Positions 47,541-57,959 of a stretch of 64,000 nucleotides of DNA are shown in pieces (position 1 is the stretch's first letter; the number at the start of each line of letters is the position of its first letter). Both the position numbers and the translations under genes were made by a program. Under the pieces are notes generated by a model, which was not told where the DNA came from, did not search any database, and saw only the letters and a program-made list of their open reading frames with translations. The stretch comes from an uncultured Chloroflexia bacterium. Its GTDB lineage: Bacteria > Chloroflexota > Limnocylindria > QHBO01. The stretch spans positions 197,842 to 261,841 of the forward strand of contig CAWHEV010000006.1 in the NCBI GenBank assembly GCA_963828485.1, in the 5' to 3' direction.

Positions 47541-49202
47541 TCAGTCGCCGAACAGGATGTCGCGGATGACCGGCATCGGCGGCGTGCCGTGGCTGATCAC
47601 CGACTCGAGGAAGGGCCGCCATTCGAAGGCGTCGCCGGCCCGGCGGCGCGCCTCGCGCTCGAGCTCGGTCATCTCGGCGCCACCCAGGAAGTAGGAGCAC
47701 AGCTGCGTGCTCGACAGGCGCGCGCGGCTCCACTTCTCACGCGCCTCCGACTCCTCCTGGAAGCCGCCGTCGACCATCAGCTCCATCGCCTCGTCCTCCG
47801 TCATGGATCCGGTGTGGATGCGGATGTCCATCAGCGTGTTCGTCGTCGCCCGCAGGTAATACTTCCAGTGGGCGAGCATGAGCGCCGGATCGTCCGCGCC
47901 GTACCCGACGTCCATCATCACCTGCGTGACGTAGACGGCCCAGCCCTCGGCGAAGACGCCCGAGCCGAAGACGGCGCGCGGCAGGGACTCGCACCGGTTC
48001 GACCAGGCCAGCTGGAGATAGTGACCCGGCACGGCCTCGTGGATGGTGAGGACGCGGAGGCTGCGGCCGTTGTTCTCGCGCAGCATCGACTCGACCTGCT
48101 CGTCGGTCCAGTCCTCGGGGGGCGGCGTGATGGCGAAGAAGCTGTCCAGGCCCTTGTCCAGCGGCCCGGGCGGAATGAGCATCGCTCCCCCGAACGCGCG
48201 CAGGAACGGCGGCGTCCAGATGATCTGGAGCGGCTCTTCCGCGAGGCCGATGAGGTCGCGCTCACGGATGAAGTCCTCGATGCGCCGATGCTCGGCGCGG
48301 CAGAAGTCCAGGAGCTCGTCCGCCTTCGGATGGTCGACCGCGATGGCGTCGAGCACTCGCCGGGTGAGCGCATCAGGGTCGTCCGGCATCGGCTCGTCGC
48401 CGATCCAGGTTGGCCACAGCTCGCGAGCCAGACGCAGCATCTCGGCGCGCACGGTGTCGTAAGCGGCCGATGCGCGGCCCTCGAGCTCGGCGGGAGTGAT
48501 GGTGGCCTTGAGCGCGTGATCGAACTTGCGCTCGTAGAGGTCGCGACCCAGGCGGAAGTCGCCCGTCGCCGTCGGCTGGAGGTCGTCGCGCAGCCAGGCG
48601 ACGAACGCGTCCACCGCCTCGATGGCCGGCTCCGCAGCGGTCGTGACGCGCTGGCGGACATCCTCGTCGACGTCCGCGGCCATCTCGACAGCGGTCCGGC
48701 ACAGGTCGGCCACGCCGGGCATCGTGGTGATCGCCTTCTCGGTGTGGAAGCCGCTCACGTCCCGGCCCCTTCCCGAGGAGAGGTTGGCTCTCGCGGCGTC
48801 GAGGACGGCCGGGATGCCCTCCATGCGGCCAGCGGCGCTCGTGAGGCGCTGCTCCAGCGGCGCGAACTCGCGGCTCAGCAGGGCAAACAGCCCGCCGCCG
48901 AGCAGGTAGCTGTACGTGATGGGGCTCCAGGACAGCTCGTCGAGCTCCTCCTCGTCGAAGCGCAGCTCGTCGATCACCCCGAGCAGGACGCGGCGGTCGA
49001 TCTCCTCCTCGCGCGAGAGTCCGTCGGCGGCGGCGAGATCGGCCCGGACCTGGGCGAGCCAGGCGAGGCGCTCGGCGCTCCCGGCATCGGTCAGGTCCGG
49101 CCAGCGGTCGTCGTGCTCGTGGTTGCCCGCGTCGGTGGCATTGACGGGGTAGAAACGAAAGAAATCAGTGAAGAAGGCGGCCTGCGCCTCTGCGAAGCTC
49201 AT
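47541..49202 (-). CDS. DUF885 family protein
   Basis: IHEAVPGHYLQ, FAEGWAVY, TQLCSYFLG. Confidence 0.9.
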   Translation of the reverse strand: MSFAEAQAAFFTDFFRFYPVNATDAGNHEHDDRWPDLTDAGSAERLAWLAQVRADLAAADGLSREEEIDRRVLLGVIDELRFDEEELDELSWSPITYSYLLGGGLFALLSREFAPLEQRLTSAAGRMEGIPAVLDAARANLSSGRGRDVSGFHTEKAITTMPGVADLCRTAVEMAADVDEDVRQRVTTAAEPAIEAVDAFVAWLRDDLQPTATGDFRLGRDLYERKFDHALKATITPAELEGRASAAYDTVRAEMLRLARELWPTWIGDEPMPDDPDALTRRVLDAIAVDHPKADELLDFCRAEHRRIEDFIRERDLIGLAEEPLQIIWTPPFLRAFGGAMLIPPGPLDKGLDSFFAITPPPEDWTDEQVESMLRENNGRSLRVLTIHEAVPGHYLQLAWSNRCESLPRAVFGSGVFAEGWAVYVTQVMMDVGYGADDPALMLAHWKYYLRATTNTLMDIRIHTGSMTEDEAMELMVDGGFQEESEAREKWSRARLSSTQLCSYFLGGAEMTELEREARRRAGDAFEWRPFLESVISHGTPPMPVIRDILFGD

Positions 49203-49238
49203 GGACGTACATGGTGCCACGCAGGTTTGAGCACCGAT

Positions 49239-49268
49239 GGGCCGCCCGGCGCGATCGCCGGGCGGCCC
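49239..49268. terminator. GC-rich hairpin downstream of the anti-sigma gene
   Basis: gggccgcccggcg-cgat-cgccgggcggccc. Confidence 0.5.
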
Positions 49269-49289
49269 GGAGCCAGGAACGTCGGCGAC

Positions 49290-50168
49290 CTACGGCTCGA
49301 TCGTCAACGACTCGACCATCGTTCGCATCTCCGCGACGTTCTCCTCCGAGGTGCCCTCGAACGAGGCCGCGTCGATGACGAGCCTTGTCCCCTCGACGTC
49401 GAGGATCCAGACCTGGTCACGCTCGCCGACGAGCGCATCCCTGCCACCCCACCGGGTCATGTCGCCGCACTCCCCGTCACCGGTATTGCGGTAGTCGAGA
49501 TACACCCCGCTGTATCCGTCGATCTCCACGGCGACGGGGTCCGTGGACTCCGTTCCGGTCTGTGCGACCAGCGCTTCCGCCAGATCAATCGGTGCCGGAC
49601 CCACAGGTGGATCCATCTCGCCCGCTGAAAGGTCACACGGATCCGCGTAGACGTTGTCGACGATCAGGAAGCCGATCGCCAGTCCGGCTGGCGGGTCAGG
49701 CGAAGCCTTGTACAGGGCGACCCCGGTGGCATCTACCCCGGCGCTCCACATCGCCCAGTCGGGACCGATCTCGAGGCCGAGCTGGATCGGAAACGGGTCG
49801 GCGATGGTGTACGAGCCCTGGATGACGAACCCGGATTGCGGGAGCGACCCTGACTCGACCGGCGTTGGCGACGGCGCCGCGGTTCGGGACGGTGAGGGTG
49901 AGGGGCTCGACGACCCGATACCAAATCGGGCGTTGCCCGAGACGAAGAAGATGCCGATGAGAACCGCCGCGGCAGCCGCGGCCACGACACCCCATCGCAT
50001 GGGATTGCTCATGGGAAGGAACCTCCGCGCCGGCCACCAGGTGGCGCGGCGCTGGGGGGTCGTGTCGAGCTGATCGAGCACGGCATCGAGGACGCGGTCC
50101 GCCGACTCGTGCTCGTCCGCACTCAGCCACGACCGGACGATGCGCGTCACGTCGCGATCGGTGCTCAT
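49290..50168 (-). CDS. Membrane anti-sigma-like protein
   Basis: Overlaps the ECF stop; N-terminal RSWL...DRVL..TPQRR, one TM, S/P linker, extracellular domain with two Cys. Confidence 0.7.
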   Translation of the reverse strand: MSTDRDVTRIVRSWLSADEHESADRVLDAVLDQLDTTPQRRATWWPARRFLPMSNPMRWGVVAAAAAAVLIGIFFVSGNARFGIGSSSPSPSPSRTAAPSPTPVESGSLPQSGFVIQGSYTIADPFPIQLGLEIGPDWAMWSAGVDATGVALYKASPDPPAGLAIGFLIVDNVYADPCDLSAGEMDPPVGPAPIDLAEALVAQTGTESTDPVAVEIDGYSGVYLDYRNTGDGECGDMTRWGGRDALVGERDQVWILDVEGTRLVIDAASFEGTSEENVAEMRTMVESLTIEP

Positions 50169-50713
50169 CGGGCTACCTCCCGCGTCGGTGTGCGAGCGTC
50201 TGCGTCGAGCGCCGCTCGCAGTCCGCGCATCGCGTAATGAAGTCGAGAATTGACCGTCCCGACCGGGATGCCGAGGATGTCGGCAACCCGATCGAGCGGC
50301 AGGTCGAGGTAGTGGCGCAGGACCACCACCGCACGGTGTTCGAGGGAGAGGCGACGGAAGCCGCCCTCGAGCTGATCGCGATCGATGACCGAGCTCAGTC
50401 CGTCGATCGCCATCGGCTCGTCATTCGGCATGAGCCGAAGGTTCGGTGCCCAGCGTCGTTGTTTCCGGCCCTCGGCATAGCAGGCGCGAACCAGGAGCCG
50501 GTACGACCAGGCCTCGAAGCGAGCCGGGTCGCGGAGCTGCGGAAGGTTCTGCCAGATGGCGAGCAGCGCCTGCTGCGTCGCGTCCTCGGCCAGATCGATG
50601 TCGCGCAGGATCCTGCGCGCCACGGCGAGGTATCGATCGGCGATCCCGGCGGCGAGATCGGCATAGGCCGCCTTGTCGCCATGCTGAGCTCTGACCACGA
50701 GATCGGTATCCAT
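50165..50713 (-). CDS. ECF RNA polymerase sigma factor
   Basis: AEDATQ, FEAWSYR, VADILGIPVGTVNSRLHYA. Confidence 0.93.
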   Translation of the reverse strand: MDTDLVVRAQHGDKAAYADLAAGIADRYLAVARRILRDIDLAEDATQQALLAIWQNLPQLRDPARFEAWSYRLLVRACYAEGRKQRRWAPNLRLMPNDEPMAIDGLSSVIDRDQLEGGFRRLSLEHRAVVVLRHYLDLPLDRVADILGIPVGTVNSRLHYAMRGLRAALDADARTPTREVAR

Positions 50714-50837
50714 CGCCTCTTCCGCATTCGGCATCGGTTTGTACCAATGCCTTCACACGGTATGGGGCGCGGCAAGCCGGTCATCTTCAAAAACAGCCGG
50801 GCGTGACCGCGGGCGGCCCTGAACCTCCGCGGCACGC

Positions 50838-50874
50838 AAAAGAAGGCTCCGGCGCGGTGGCCGCGCCGGAGCCT
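50838..50874 (-). terminator. Intrinsic terminator after the haloperoxidase-like gene
   Basis: 14-bp stem aggctccggcgcgg / ccgcgccggagcct, followed by tctttt on the minus strand. Confidence 0.75.
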
Positions 50875-50895
50875 GAAGCCAGGGTCAGAGCGGTA

Positions 50896-52272
50896 TCAGC
50901 GCTCGGGGTGGAAGAAGTGCCTGTCGAGCCAACGTGCGGCCTTCCGGCCGATGTCCGCGCCCTGGACATCTGCGGTCCGGAAGTGAAGTCCCTGGTACAC
51001 GCGGGCGTCGATCGTGTCCTTGATCACGTCCGTGAAGCGGTCGTAGTCGCGGAACGTCGAGCCAGCAGCGGCGGTCCGGGTGATCCGGAAGTCGAACTTC
51101 TTCGTCCCGAAGAAGTCTGCAGCCGTGTGCATCATTGCGCCGGTCACGCAGTTGTAACCGGATGGATGATCCGGATAGGGAGGAGTGGCGAGCAACGGCG
51201 TCCATCCGGCGTCGCCGTCGGTTCTGCGGTTGCCGTCACTGTCACCGTTCTGGATCGCCGTGATCGGACGCCAGAAGCTCCAGAACGTCTTGTCATTCCA
51301 GCAGCTGATCAGCGCATCCGCTGTGGCGAGGTTCAGCATGCCGAAGAGACGCGCCTCATCGGCGGTAGAGAGACGCTCGAGCTCGGCGATGGTGCGGAAG
51401 TTCCGGTTGAACATCTCGACCGGATTGGGCTGGTAGAACGCTGCGATTTCGTTCTGTGCCGGAGTGCGGCTCGACCCGGTAAACGAGCCAAGGGTCATGA
51501 CCTCGTTGTACTCGCGGGCGTACCTGCGGCTCGACAGCCGAGGGGGACCGTCGGTCCTGAGTTGAGAAGGGCTGTTCAGCATGAAGGGCGTGACGTTGCC
51601 GACCCAGGCGAACTGGTCCGGCAAGGCTGAGGTCCGGCGCCACTCGCCGGCTTCGTCACCCTCGGGATGGAAGAACGGGACCGCAGGGAAGCGGCCATCC
51701 GTGGCCCGCGCACCGAGCATGGCGGTGGCTGCGGCATGTCCCGCGGCAACGCCTGCCGCGAGCTTGCCGTCATCCGTCACCGCGTCGATCTCGGCCATCG
51801 AGGCCGCGTGCTCGGCCTGGACCCAGGTGATGGTGACGGGGGGCAGGTGGAGGGTGGGCGCGACGAGCACTTCGTACGCGGCGGTCACGGCCGCTGCATC
51901 CTTCGAGGCCTTCCTCGGAGCCGATCCGGTGGCGTCGTTATATGGCTCGTATCCACCGGCGATGGCGTTGATCGCGTCGTACACGGCGCCCTGGACCATC
52001 GCCATGTGAAGCGCTCCGACGTATGGAGGCTGGCCCGCGCCCGGTGGGACGCCCGGAGGTGTGGGCGGGGGCGGATTCGGGCCAGCGTTGAAGATCGCGT
52101 TCAGGGCATGGGAATTCCACTCGAGCACGTAGTTCGCGTCCGGGTGGTGGGAGCGGTGGGCGCTGACGGGGCTGGCGAGGGTCGCCGTGACCAGCGCGAG
52201 CGCCACGACCCACGTGATGCGGCGCCACCTTCGTGATCCGATCCCGGCGTTCTGGACGGCTAATCTGGACAT
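50896..52272 (-). CDS. Secreted vanadium-dependent haloperoxidase / PAP2-superfamily protein
   Basis: Signal peptide; KTFWSFWRP, PSG, RVYQGLHF. Confidence 0.85.
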   Translation of the reverse strand: MSRLAVQNAGIGSRRWRRITWVVALALVTATLASPVSAHRSHHPDANYVLEWNSHALNAIFNAGPNPPPPTPPGVPPGAGQPPYVGALHMAMVQGAVYDAINAIAGGYEPYNDATGSAPRKASKDAAAVTAAYEVLVAPTLHLPPVTITWVQAEHAASMAEIDAVTDDGKLAAGVAAGHAAATAMLGARATDGRFPAVPFFHPEGDEAGEWRRTSALPDQFAWVGNVTPFMLNSPSQLRTDGPPRLSSRRYAREYNEVMTLGSFTGSSRTPAQNEIAAFYQPNPVEMFNRNFRTIAELERLSTADEARLFGMLNLATADALISCWNDKTFWSFWRPITAIQNGDSDGNRRTDGDAGWTPLLATPPYPDHPSGYNCVTGAMMHTAADFFGTKKFDFRITRTAAAGSTFRDYDRFTDVIKDTIDARVYQGLHFRTADVQGADIGRKAARWLDRHFFHPER

Positions 52273-52422
52273 CGATCGCTCCTTGGGTACGGGCTTGATC
52301 GGCTCTCCAGCGCCTGCGGCACGGCAGGCGTTGCGACCGCGCGCTGTGCGCCAGTCGCCTCCCAACCAGTTTGAGTCCCCAGCGCAAGGATTGGTTCAAT
52401 CTTCGGGGGGCGAGGGGCCAGG

Positions 52423-52450
52423 AAGCGGCGGCCGTTTCCGGCCGCCGCTT
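52423..52450 (-). terminator. Hairpin terminator after the amidase gene
   Basis: aagcggcggccg-tttc-cggccgccgctt. Confidence 0.65.
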
Positions 52451-52464
52451 GGGGTGGAGGAGCG

Positions 52465-54090
52465 TCAGTCGATCGAGTCGATGAATCTCGGCGGCTTGCG
52501 AACGTCCGATGCCCGTTCGAAGTCGTACGCGAACCCGATCAGGTCGGGCTCGTCCCACTGCCCGCCGATGAACGAGACACCGATGGGAAGGACGCGATCG
52601 ACGTAGCCGGCCGGCACGGTGATGTTCGCGTAGCCGGAGATCGCCGACGCGCTCGACGAACCGATGAACGGCGACCCGTCGCTCAGGTCACCACCGACCG
52701 GATCGGTCACCCACGCCGGTCCGTTCGTTGGCGCGATGATCGCGTCGAAGTCCTCCAGCAGGGCGTTCAGCCGTGCCTGCACGACCGGCGTCGCGGCCGC
52801 GCGCGCGGCGACGCAGGCCGGATCGGCACGACCGCCGGTCGCCTCCGCGTCGACGAAGATCTGCGAGTTCCACGGACCCTCGAGGTCCGGGTTGGCCTCG
52901 TTGAACGCGATCAGGTCCGCGAGCGTCTTCGGATACTCGGGCCCGGTGTACGTCTCGAGGTACGTGGCGATGTCCGTCTTGAACTCGCACAGCAGGGCCT
53001 CGAACTCGGGGCCATACACATCGTCGAGGTTGAGCGTCACCTCCGTGACGGTCGCGCCCTGGTCCTCGAGCTCGTCGATCACGTCCTCCATGATCTCGTC
53101 GACGTCTTCGTCGAGCGGCACGCCGTCGACCGTGTCGGTCCCCTCTCTCCAGACGCCGATCTCAGCGCCACGGAGGGCGTGCTTGTCGAGGAAGCGGGTG
53201 TAGTTCCGGGGCGCATTGCCCTTCTGCGCTGCCGTTGCCGGATCGGCCGGATCGACGCCGCGCATGACGCCGAGCATCACGGCCGCATCGGTCACGTTAC
53301 GGGTCATCGGGCCGGCGGTGTCCTGGTCGGCCGAGATCGGGATGATGCCCGACCGGCTCAGGAGCCCAAGGGTGGGCTTGATGCCGACGACGCTGTTGGC
53401 GCCCGACGGGCAGACGATGGAGCCATCGGTCTCGGTCCCGACGGTGGCGACGGCCAGGTCGGCTGCGGCAACGACGCCAGAGCCCGAGCTCGACCCGCAT
53501 GGGTTGCGGTCGAGCACGTACGGCATGTTCGTCTGGCCGCCGATGCCGCTCCAGCCGCTCGACGACGGGTTCGATCGGAAGTTCGCCCACTCGGACAGGT
53601 TGGCCTTGCCGAGGATGATCGCGCCCGCAGCGCGCAGCTTCGCCACGATGAACGCGTCCGACGGGGTGCTGCCGTCGAGCGCCCACGACCCGGCAGTCGT
53701 CGCCATCCCGGTCGTGTTGATGTTGTCCTTGACGATGATCGGAATGCCGAGCAGCGGCCGATGGTCGCCATGCTTGCGGGCTCGGTCGGCCTTGCGGGCA
53801 TCGGCAAGAGCCGTCGGGCTCACCGTGATCACCGCGTTGAGCGTCGGGTTGAGCTTCTCGATGCGGCGCAGGTAGAACTTCGTCAGGTCGACGGCGCTCA
53901 ACCGGTGCTTGTCCATCAACCACTGGAGCTGCGGGATGGTCGTTTCGTCGACGTTGATGCCGCGGACGGTCGTTGATCTCCCGCCGCCACCCCCATGCGC
54001 CAGGCCGGCGGGCGCGGCAACCGCCGATGCCACAAGCAGCAGCATCAGCATGACGAGGATGGCGATGGATCGTCGAGCCAGGCCGTTCAT
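52465..54090 (-). CDS. Secreted amidase-signature family enzyme
   Basis: VKDN, GKANLSEWANFRS, GSSSGS, GTETDGSIVCPS. Confidence 0.93.
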   Translation of the reverse strand: MNGLARRSIAILVMLMLLLVASAVAAPAGLAHGGGGGRSTTVRGINVDETTIPQLQWLMDKHRLSAVDLTKFYLRRIEKLNPTLNAVITVSPTALADARKADRARKHGDHRPLLGIPIIVKDNINTTGMATTAGSWALDGSTPSDAFIVAKLRAAGAIILGKANLSEWANFRSNPSSSGWSGIGGQTNMPYVLDRNPCGSSSGSGVVAAADLAVATVGTETDGSIVCPSGANSVVGIKPTLGLLSRSGIIPISADQDTAGPMTRNVTDAAVMLGVMRGVDPADPATAAQKGNAPRNYTRFLDKHALRGAEIGVWREGTDTVDGVPLDEDVDEIMEDVIDELEDQGATVTEVTLNLDDVYGPEFEALLCEFKTDIATYLETYTGPEYPKTLADLIAFNEANPDLEGPWNSQIFVDAEATGGRADPACVAARAAATPVVQARLNALLEDFDAIIAPTNGPAWVTDPVGGDLSDGSPFIGSSSASAISGYANITVPAGYVDRVLPIGVSFIGGQWDEPDLIGFAYDFERASDVRKPPRFIDSID

Positions 54091-54245
54091 CGAAGAACCT
54101 CCAGAGAACGTCGGGATTGCGCCGAGCATCGGGCGGCGCCTCGGACTGGTCGGAGAAGCCAGCAGGTTCCATGCCGAGCCCACCAGTCGTCGAGGTCTGG
54201 CCGGTGCGATCATGGCTGCTCGGCACTGGAGGTGAGGCGGATCAC

Positions 54246-54764
54246 ATGGAGACGTGGCAGGCGATCAACACGGTGCGCGTGGTCCGTGAGTTCAGCGATC
54301 GACCGCTGGACGAGGAGCACGTCGAGCGCATCCTCAATGCCGGTCGGCGCACCGGAAGCTCGAAGAACCAGCAGCACTGGGCATTCATCCGCATCACGGA
54401 TCGCGACCGCCTAGGCGAGCTGGCCGAAGTCGGCCGTTACGCCGGGCACCTCGCCGGCGCGCCGACCGCGGTCGCGCTGGTGACCCCCGACGAGTCGGGC
54501 CCTCGCAACAACTCGGTCATGTGGGACCTCGGGCGAGCGGCCCAGAACATGGTGCTCGCAGCATGGGAGCTCGGCATCGGCAGCGTCCCGGCGACCGTGT
54601 ACGACCATGAGCTGGCTCATCGGCTGCTCGGGCTTCCATCGGGTCAGCGCTGCGACTTCCTGCTCTCGTTCGGCTATCCCGCCGATCCCGCCGTCATGAC
54701 GGCGCCGAACCGTGCCGGCGGGCGTCTCCCGCTCGAGGACATCGTCCACCAAGAGCGCTGGTAG
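54246..54764 (+). CDS. Nitroreductase family protein
   Basis: RVVREF, GSSKNQQHW, DLGRAAQNMVLAAWELGIGS, GYP. Confidence 0.92.
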   Translation: METWQAINTVRVVREFSDRPLDEEHVERILNAGRRTGSSKNQQHWAFIRITDRDRLGELAEVGRYAGHLAGAPTAVALVTPDESGPRNNSVMWDLGRAAQNMVLAAWELGIGSVPATVYDHELAHRLLGLPSGQRCDFLLSFGYPADPAVMTAPNRAGGRLPLEDIVHQERW

Positions 54765-54878
54765 CACCCGGACATCGCAACGGCGACGCCGAAGCGCAGC
54801 ACGTTCGCGGGCGGCGTTCGTCAGTCGTTGTCCTTCGTCTCAACGATCCGTGTTCAAAGATCCGGGCGGGGCGAGGAG

Positions 54879-56496
54879 CTATTGGACGATGGAGTTGACG
54901 AAGCTGATCCGATCGCCCAGGAAGAAGATGCTCGGGTGGGTCTCGAAGCCGTCGCCGGTGTTGAGGCGGATGACGGAGTCGACGATGTTCACGAAGCCGG
55001 TGCGGTTGTTGCTGACGAAGAAGATCGCGCTGCCGCCCTCTCCGTTCGAGCGGTTGCGCTCGATCCTTGTGCCCTCGACCCGCAGCGTCATCTCGTTGCC
55101 GTCGTTGTAGATGGCCCCGCCGTTGCCGCCGCCGGGCGTTCCGGACTGCGGTGGGTTGGCCCCGGTGCCGATGGCGCGGTTGTCCCGGAAGAGGCTGTTG
55201 AGGATCGTCCACGACACGCCGATGCTCGAGATCGCCCCGCCGTTCGAGCACTCGTTGCGCAGGGAGCCGCGACCCGCCGAACGTGGTGTTCACCACGTAG
55301 ACCGGCCGCCCCTGGTACTGGGAGAAGACCTGGAGTGCGGCGCCGCCGACGTCGGGGCCGGTGGGCGCGCAGCGGTTGCCGTAGAACTGCGCGTTCACGA
55401 CCTTGAAGCGACCTCCGCGCACGAAGATCGCGCCGCCGCCGTCCTGGGTCTCGTTGCCGCTCGATCGGCCGTTGCGGAACGTGATGTTCTGGACCGTGAG
55501 GGTCGGGTGGTCCTGGTTCTGGCAGTGCGACGTCGTCCACACAAGGCTCTGGTCGCACGTGTTCATGTACAGGATTCGACGGGCGCCCCGGCCGTCCAGC
55601 GTGACCAGCCCACCGCCATCGATGACAACGTTCGGCCGGTTGTTGAAGACCCGCGCCGTGGCATTCATCCGGATGGTGACCGGGTTCGGCCCGCACTTGA
55701 AGGTGATGATCCCGCCGAGGGCGACGGCGTTCACCACGGCCTGCGAGGTGCAGCTGGCTGCCGACCCGTTCCCGACGACCCGGTTCGGATGGGAGGTGTC
55801 GACGGCGCGCGCCGCGGGCGGGATCGGCGAGTTGCCGGTCGGGTTCCCGGCAGCCGGCGGCGGCGGGACGATGGCCGGCAGCCCGAGGGCGCGCTGGAGG
55901 AAGGCGGCCATCTGGCCACGTGTCACCAGGCCTTCGGGGCAGAAGCGACCGCTGCCGCAGCCCGCGGTGATGCCCGCGGTGGCGAGCCGGTTGATGGCCG
56001 TGCGGAACTTGTGGCTGGACGGAACGTCGCTGAAACGGACGCCGCTCGTGGCGGTCAGGTGGAAGGCCCGGGTGATGAAGGCCGCCATCTGGCCACGGGT
56101 GACGAGGCCCTCGGGGCAGAATCGTCCTCCGCCGCACCCGAAGGTGATGCCCGCGGTGGCGAGCCGGTTGATGGCCGTGGCGAATCGGTGGCTGGACCGG
56201 ACGTCACTGAAGCGAACGCCGCTCGTGGCGGTCAGGTCGAGCGCTCGGGTGATGAAGGCCGCCATCTGGCCACGGGTGACGAGGCCCTCGGGGCAGAAGA
56301 GGTCGTTGGTCGGCGGGTTGCAGCCGTAGGTGATGCCCTCGGCGGCGATCGCCTCGATGGCGCCCTCGAACTTCGAGCCGTTGTCGTCCAGGAAGGTCCC
56401 GCCCGGAGGCAGCCCGGCGCGGGCCGGCGAGACCGCGGTGGCGAGGAGCGCGGCGAGGATCAGGAGCGCAACAGGAGATCGGCGGAGGATCGACAT
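54879..56496 (-). CDS. Secreted protein with three SLH-like repeats and a beta-helix (pectin-lyase-like) domain (frameshift near 55265)
   Basis: GITxGC..FCPEGLVTRGQMA three times; GGGAI repeats; C-terminus in ORF 54879..55217. Confidence 0.8.
55905..56300. repeat. Near-identical 180-bp coding tandem repeat (SLH-like units)
   Basis: For example gatgcccgcggtggcgagccggttgatggccgtg recurs 180 bp apart (near 55969 and 56149). Confidence 0.85.
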
Positions 56497-56577
56497 GGGG
56501 TGCAGCGACCCTATCCCAGCCGCGGCGCGGCTCACAAGCGTGTCATTCGTACCGGAGGCGTCCGACTTCCGGGCGGA

Positions 56578-57915
56578 TCAATGGCCCTCGGCGGCGACCT
56601 GCTCGAGGTATTCCCGGATGGCCGGAACGGCGTTCAGGGCGCGCGCGAAGAACTCGTCGACCGCTCGCATCGCGTCCGACCGCGCCGCCTCGAGCTCGGG
56701 CTCGTAGGTCGCCTCGGCCTCCTGGTGGGCGACCGCGTCGCGCAGGCGGAGGAGCCGGCGCACCATCTCGGCCTCCGAGGGCCCGTCGAGGGCGCCGATC
56801 GCCGACATGATCAGGCCGTCAACCTCACGGACGAGCGCGTCGGCCTTGAAGCTGTCGGGCGAGTCGGCGGCATCGTCGACGGTGCGGAGCATTGCGGCCA
56901 GCTGGTAGAGCGCCCCCACCGGCTCGTCGAAGAGCTCGCGGATGTAGGCCGCTTCCGCGTAGCGCCCGGTGATGCGGAAGATGTTGTAGAGCCGCCTGGC
57001 CGCCTTGGCGTGGTTGGACTCGGCGACGGTGTACTTGTAGACCTCGTGGTTGAGGACCTCGACGTACTCGGCGACCGAGTCGGCGCCCATCTGCTTCACA
57101 AGACGCGAGAAGAGCGGGATCGAGTCGGACTCGAGGTAGACCTCCTGGAAGTAGGGATCGAGGAACCCGTCCAGCGGCGTGACGGTGCCGTCCGGCGCCT
57201 CCCAGGTCACGTCCAGCGAGTTCGAGGCGTTGGCCAGCCCGCCACGCTCAGGGTCCGCGATGACCCAGTCGAGCTTGCACCAGCCGGGGTCCCGTGAGGC
57301 ATCGGCCCACGAGAGGGCTGCCGGCGCCCCATCGGCGCTCCGGTACGCGACCTCGCCGCGCTCGACGTCGGCTGCCGTCCAGGACACCGGCGATCCCGCC
57401 CGAATGGTCGCCTCGCCGACGGTCGCGTCGAAGGGCCACGTGCCGAACTTGACCTCGTGCAACCTGAAGCCCGGGCCGCTCAGCGTGCCGGTGGCCTTGT
57501 CGCGCATGACCGTCGCGAGCAGATCGCAGGAGGCCTCGCGCGTGGCCGCTCGAATGTGGATGCGCTCGAAGAAGTCGGCATCGGCGGGGAACCGATGGAC
57601 GCGGCCCTGCGCCGCCGACCCGGCAAGCGCGAGGGCGGTCAGGACATCGGGCGGCCGATCCTCGAACCCGACGATCCCGGCCATGCGTCGAAAGCGGGTC
57701 AGGCTGGCATCGTCGACGTCGGCCATGGTGACGCGGTGGCCGTAGACGCCCGAATCCACGTCGACCACCAGCGAGCCGGCCGCCTCGGCGGACATGGAGG
57801 CGATCCAGGCCTCTGCCTCGTCCGCATCGAGCTCGACGCCGAGATCGCGCGCCGCCGCCAGCACCGATGCGATCGCATCTTCGGCCGTGCGAGTTCCCGC
57901 TCCTCCGTCCGTCAT
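56578..57915 (-). CDS. Uncharacterised protein with a Pol-beta-superfamily nucleotidyltransferase motif
   Basis: LAGSAAQGRVHRFPADADFFE fits hGS-x(9-13)-DhD; candidate third Asp in CKLDWV; helical C-terminal domain. Confidence 0.65.
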   Translation of the reverse strand: MTDGGAGTRTAEDAIASVLAAARDLGVELDADEAEAWIASMSAEAAGSLVVDVDSGVYGHRVTMADVDDASLTRFRRMAGIVGFEDRPPDVLTALALAGSAAQGRVHRFPADADFFERIHIRAATREASCDLLATVMRDKATGTLSGPGFRLHEVKFGTWPFDATVGEATIRAGSPVSWTAADVERGEVAYRSADGAPAALSWADASRDPGWCKLDWVIADPERGGLANASNSLDVTWEAPDGTVTPLDGFLDPYFQEVYLESDSIPLFSRLVKQMGADSVAEYVEVLNHEVYKYTVAESNHAKAARRLYNIFRITGRYAEAAYIRELFDEPVGALYQLAAMLRTVDDAADSPDSFKADALVREVDGLIMSAIGALDGPSEAEMVRRLLRLRDAVAHQEAEATYEPELEAARSDAMRAVDEFFARALNAVPAIREYLEQVAAEGH

Positions 57916-57959
57916 CGCACCGGACAGTACACCGTCGTCGGTCGCGTATCCTCGTCACC

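Noticed and set aside
56578-57915. CBASS or other defence system around the NTase
   Set aside because: No adjacent effector, Cap2/Cap3 or HORMA genes; the patatin gene is about 28 kb away in another operon.
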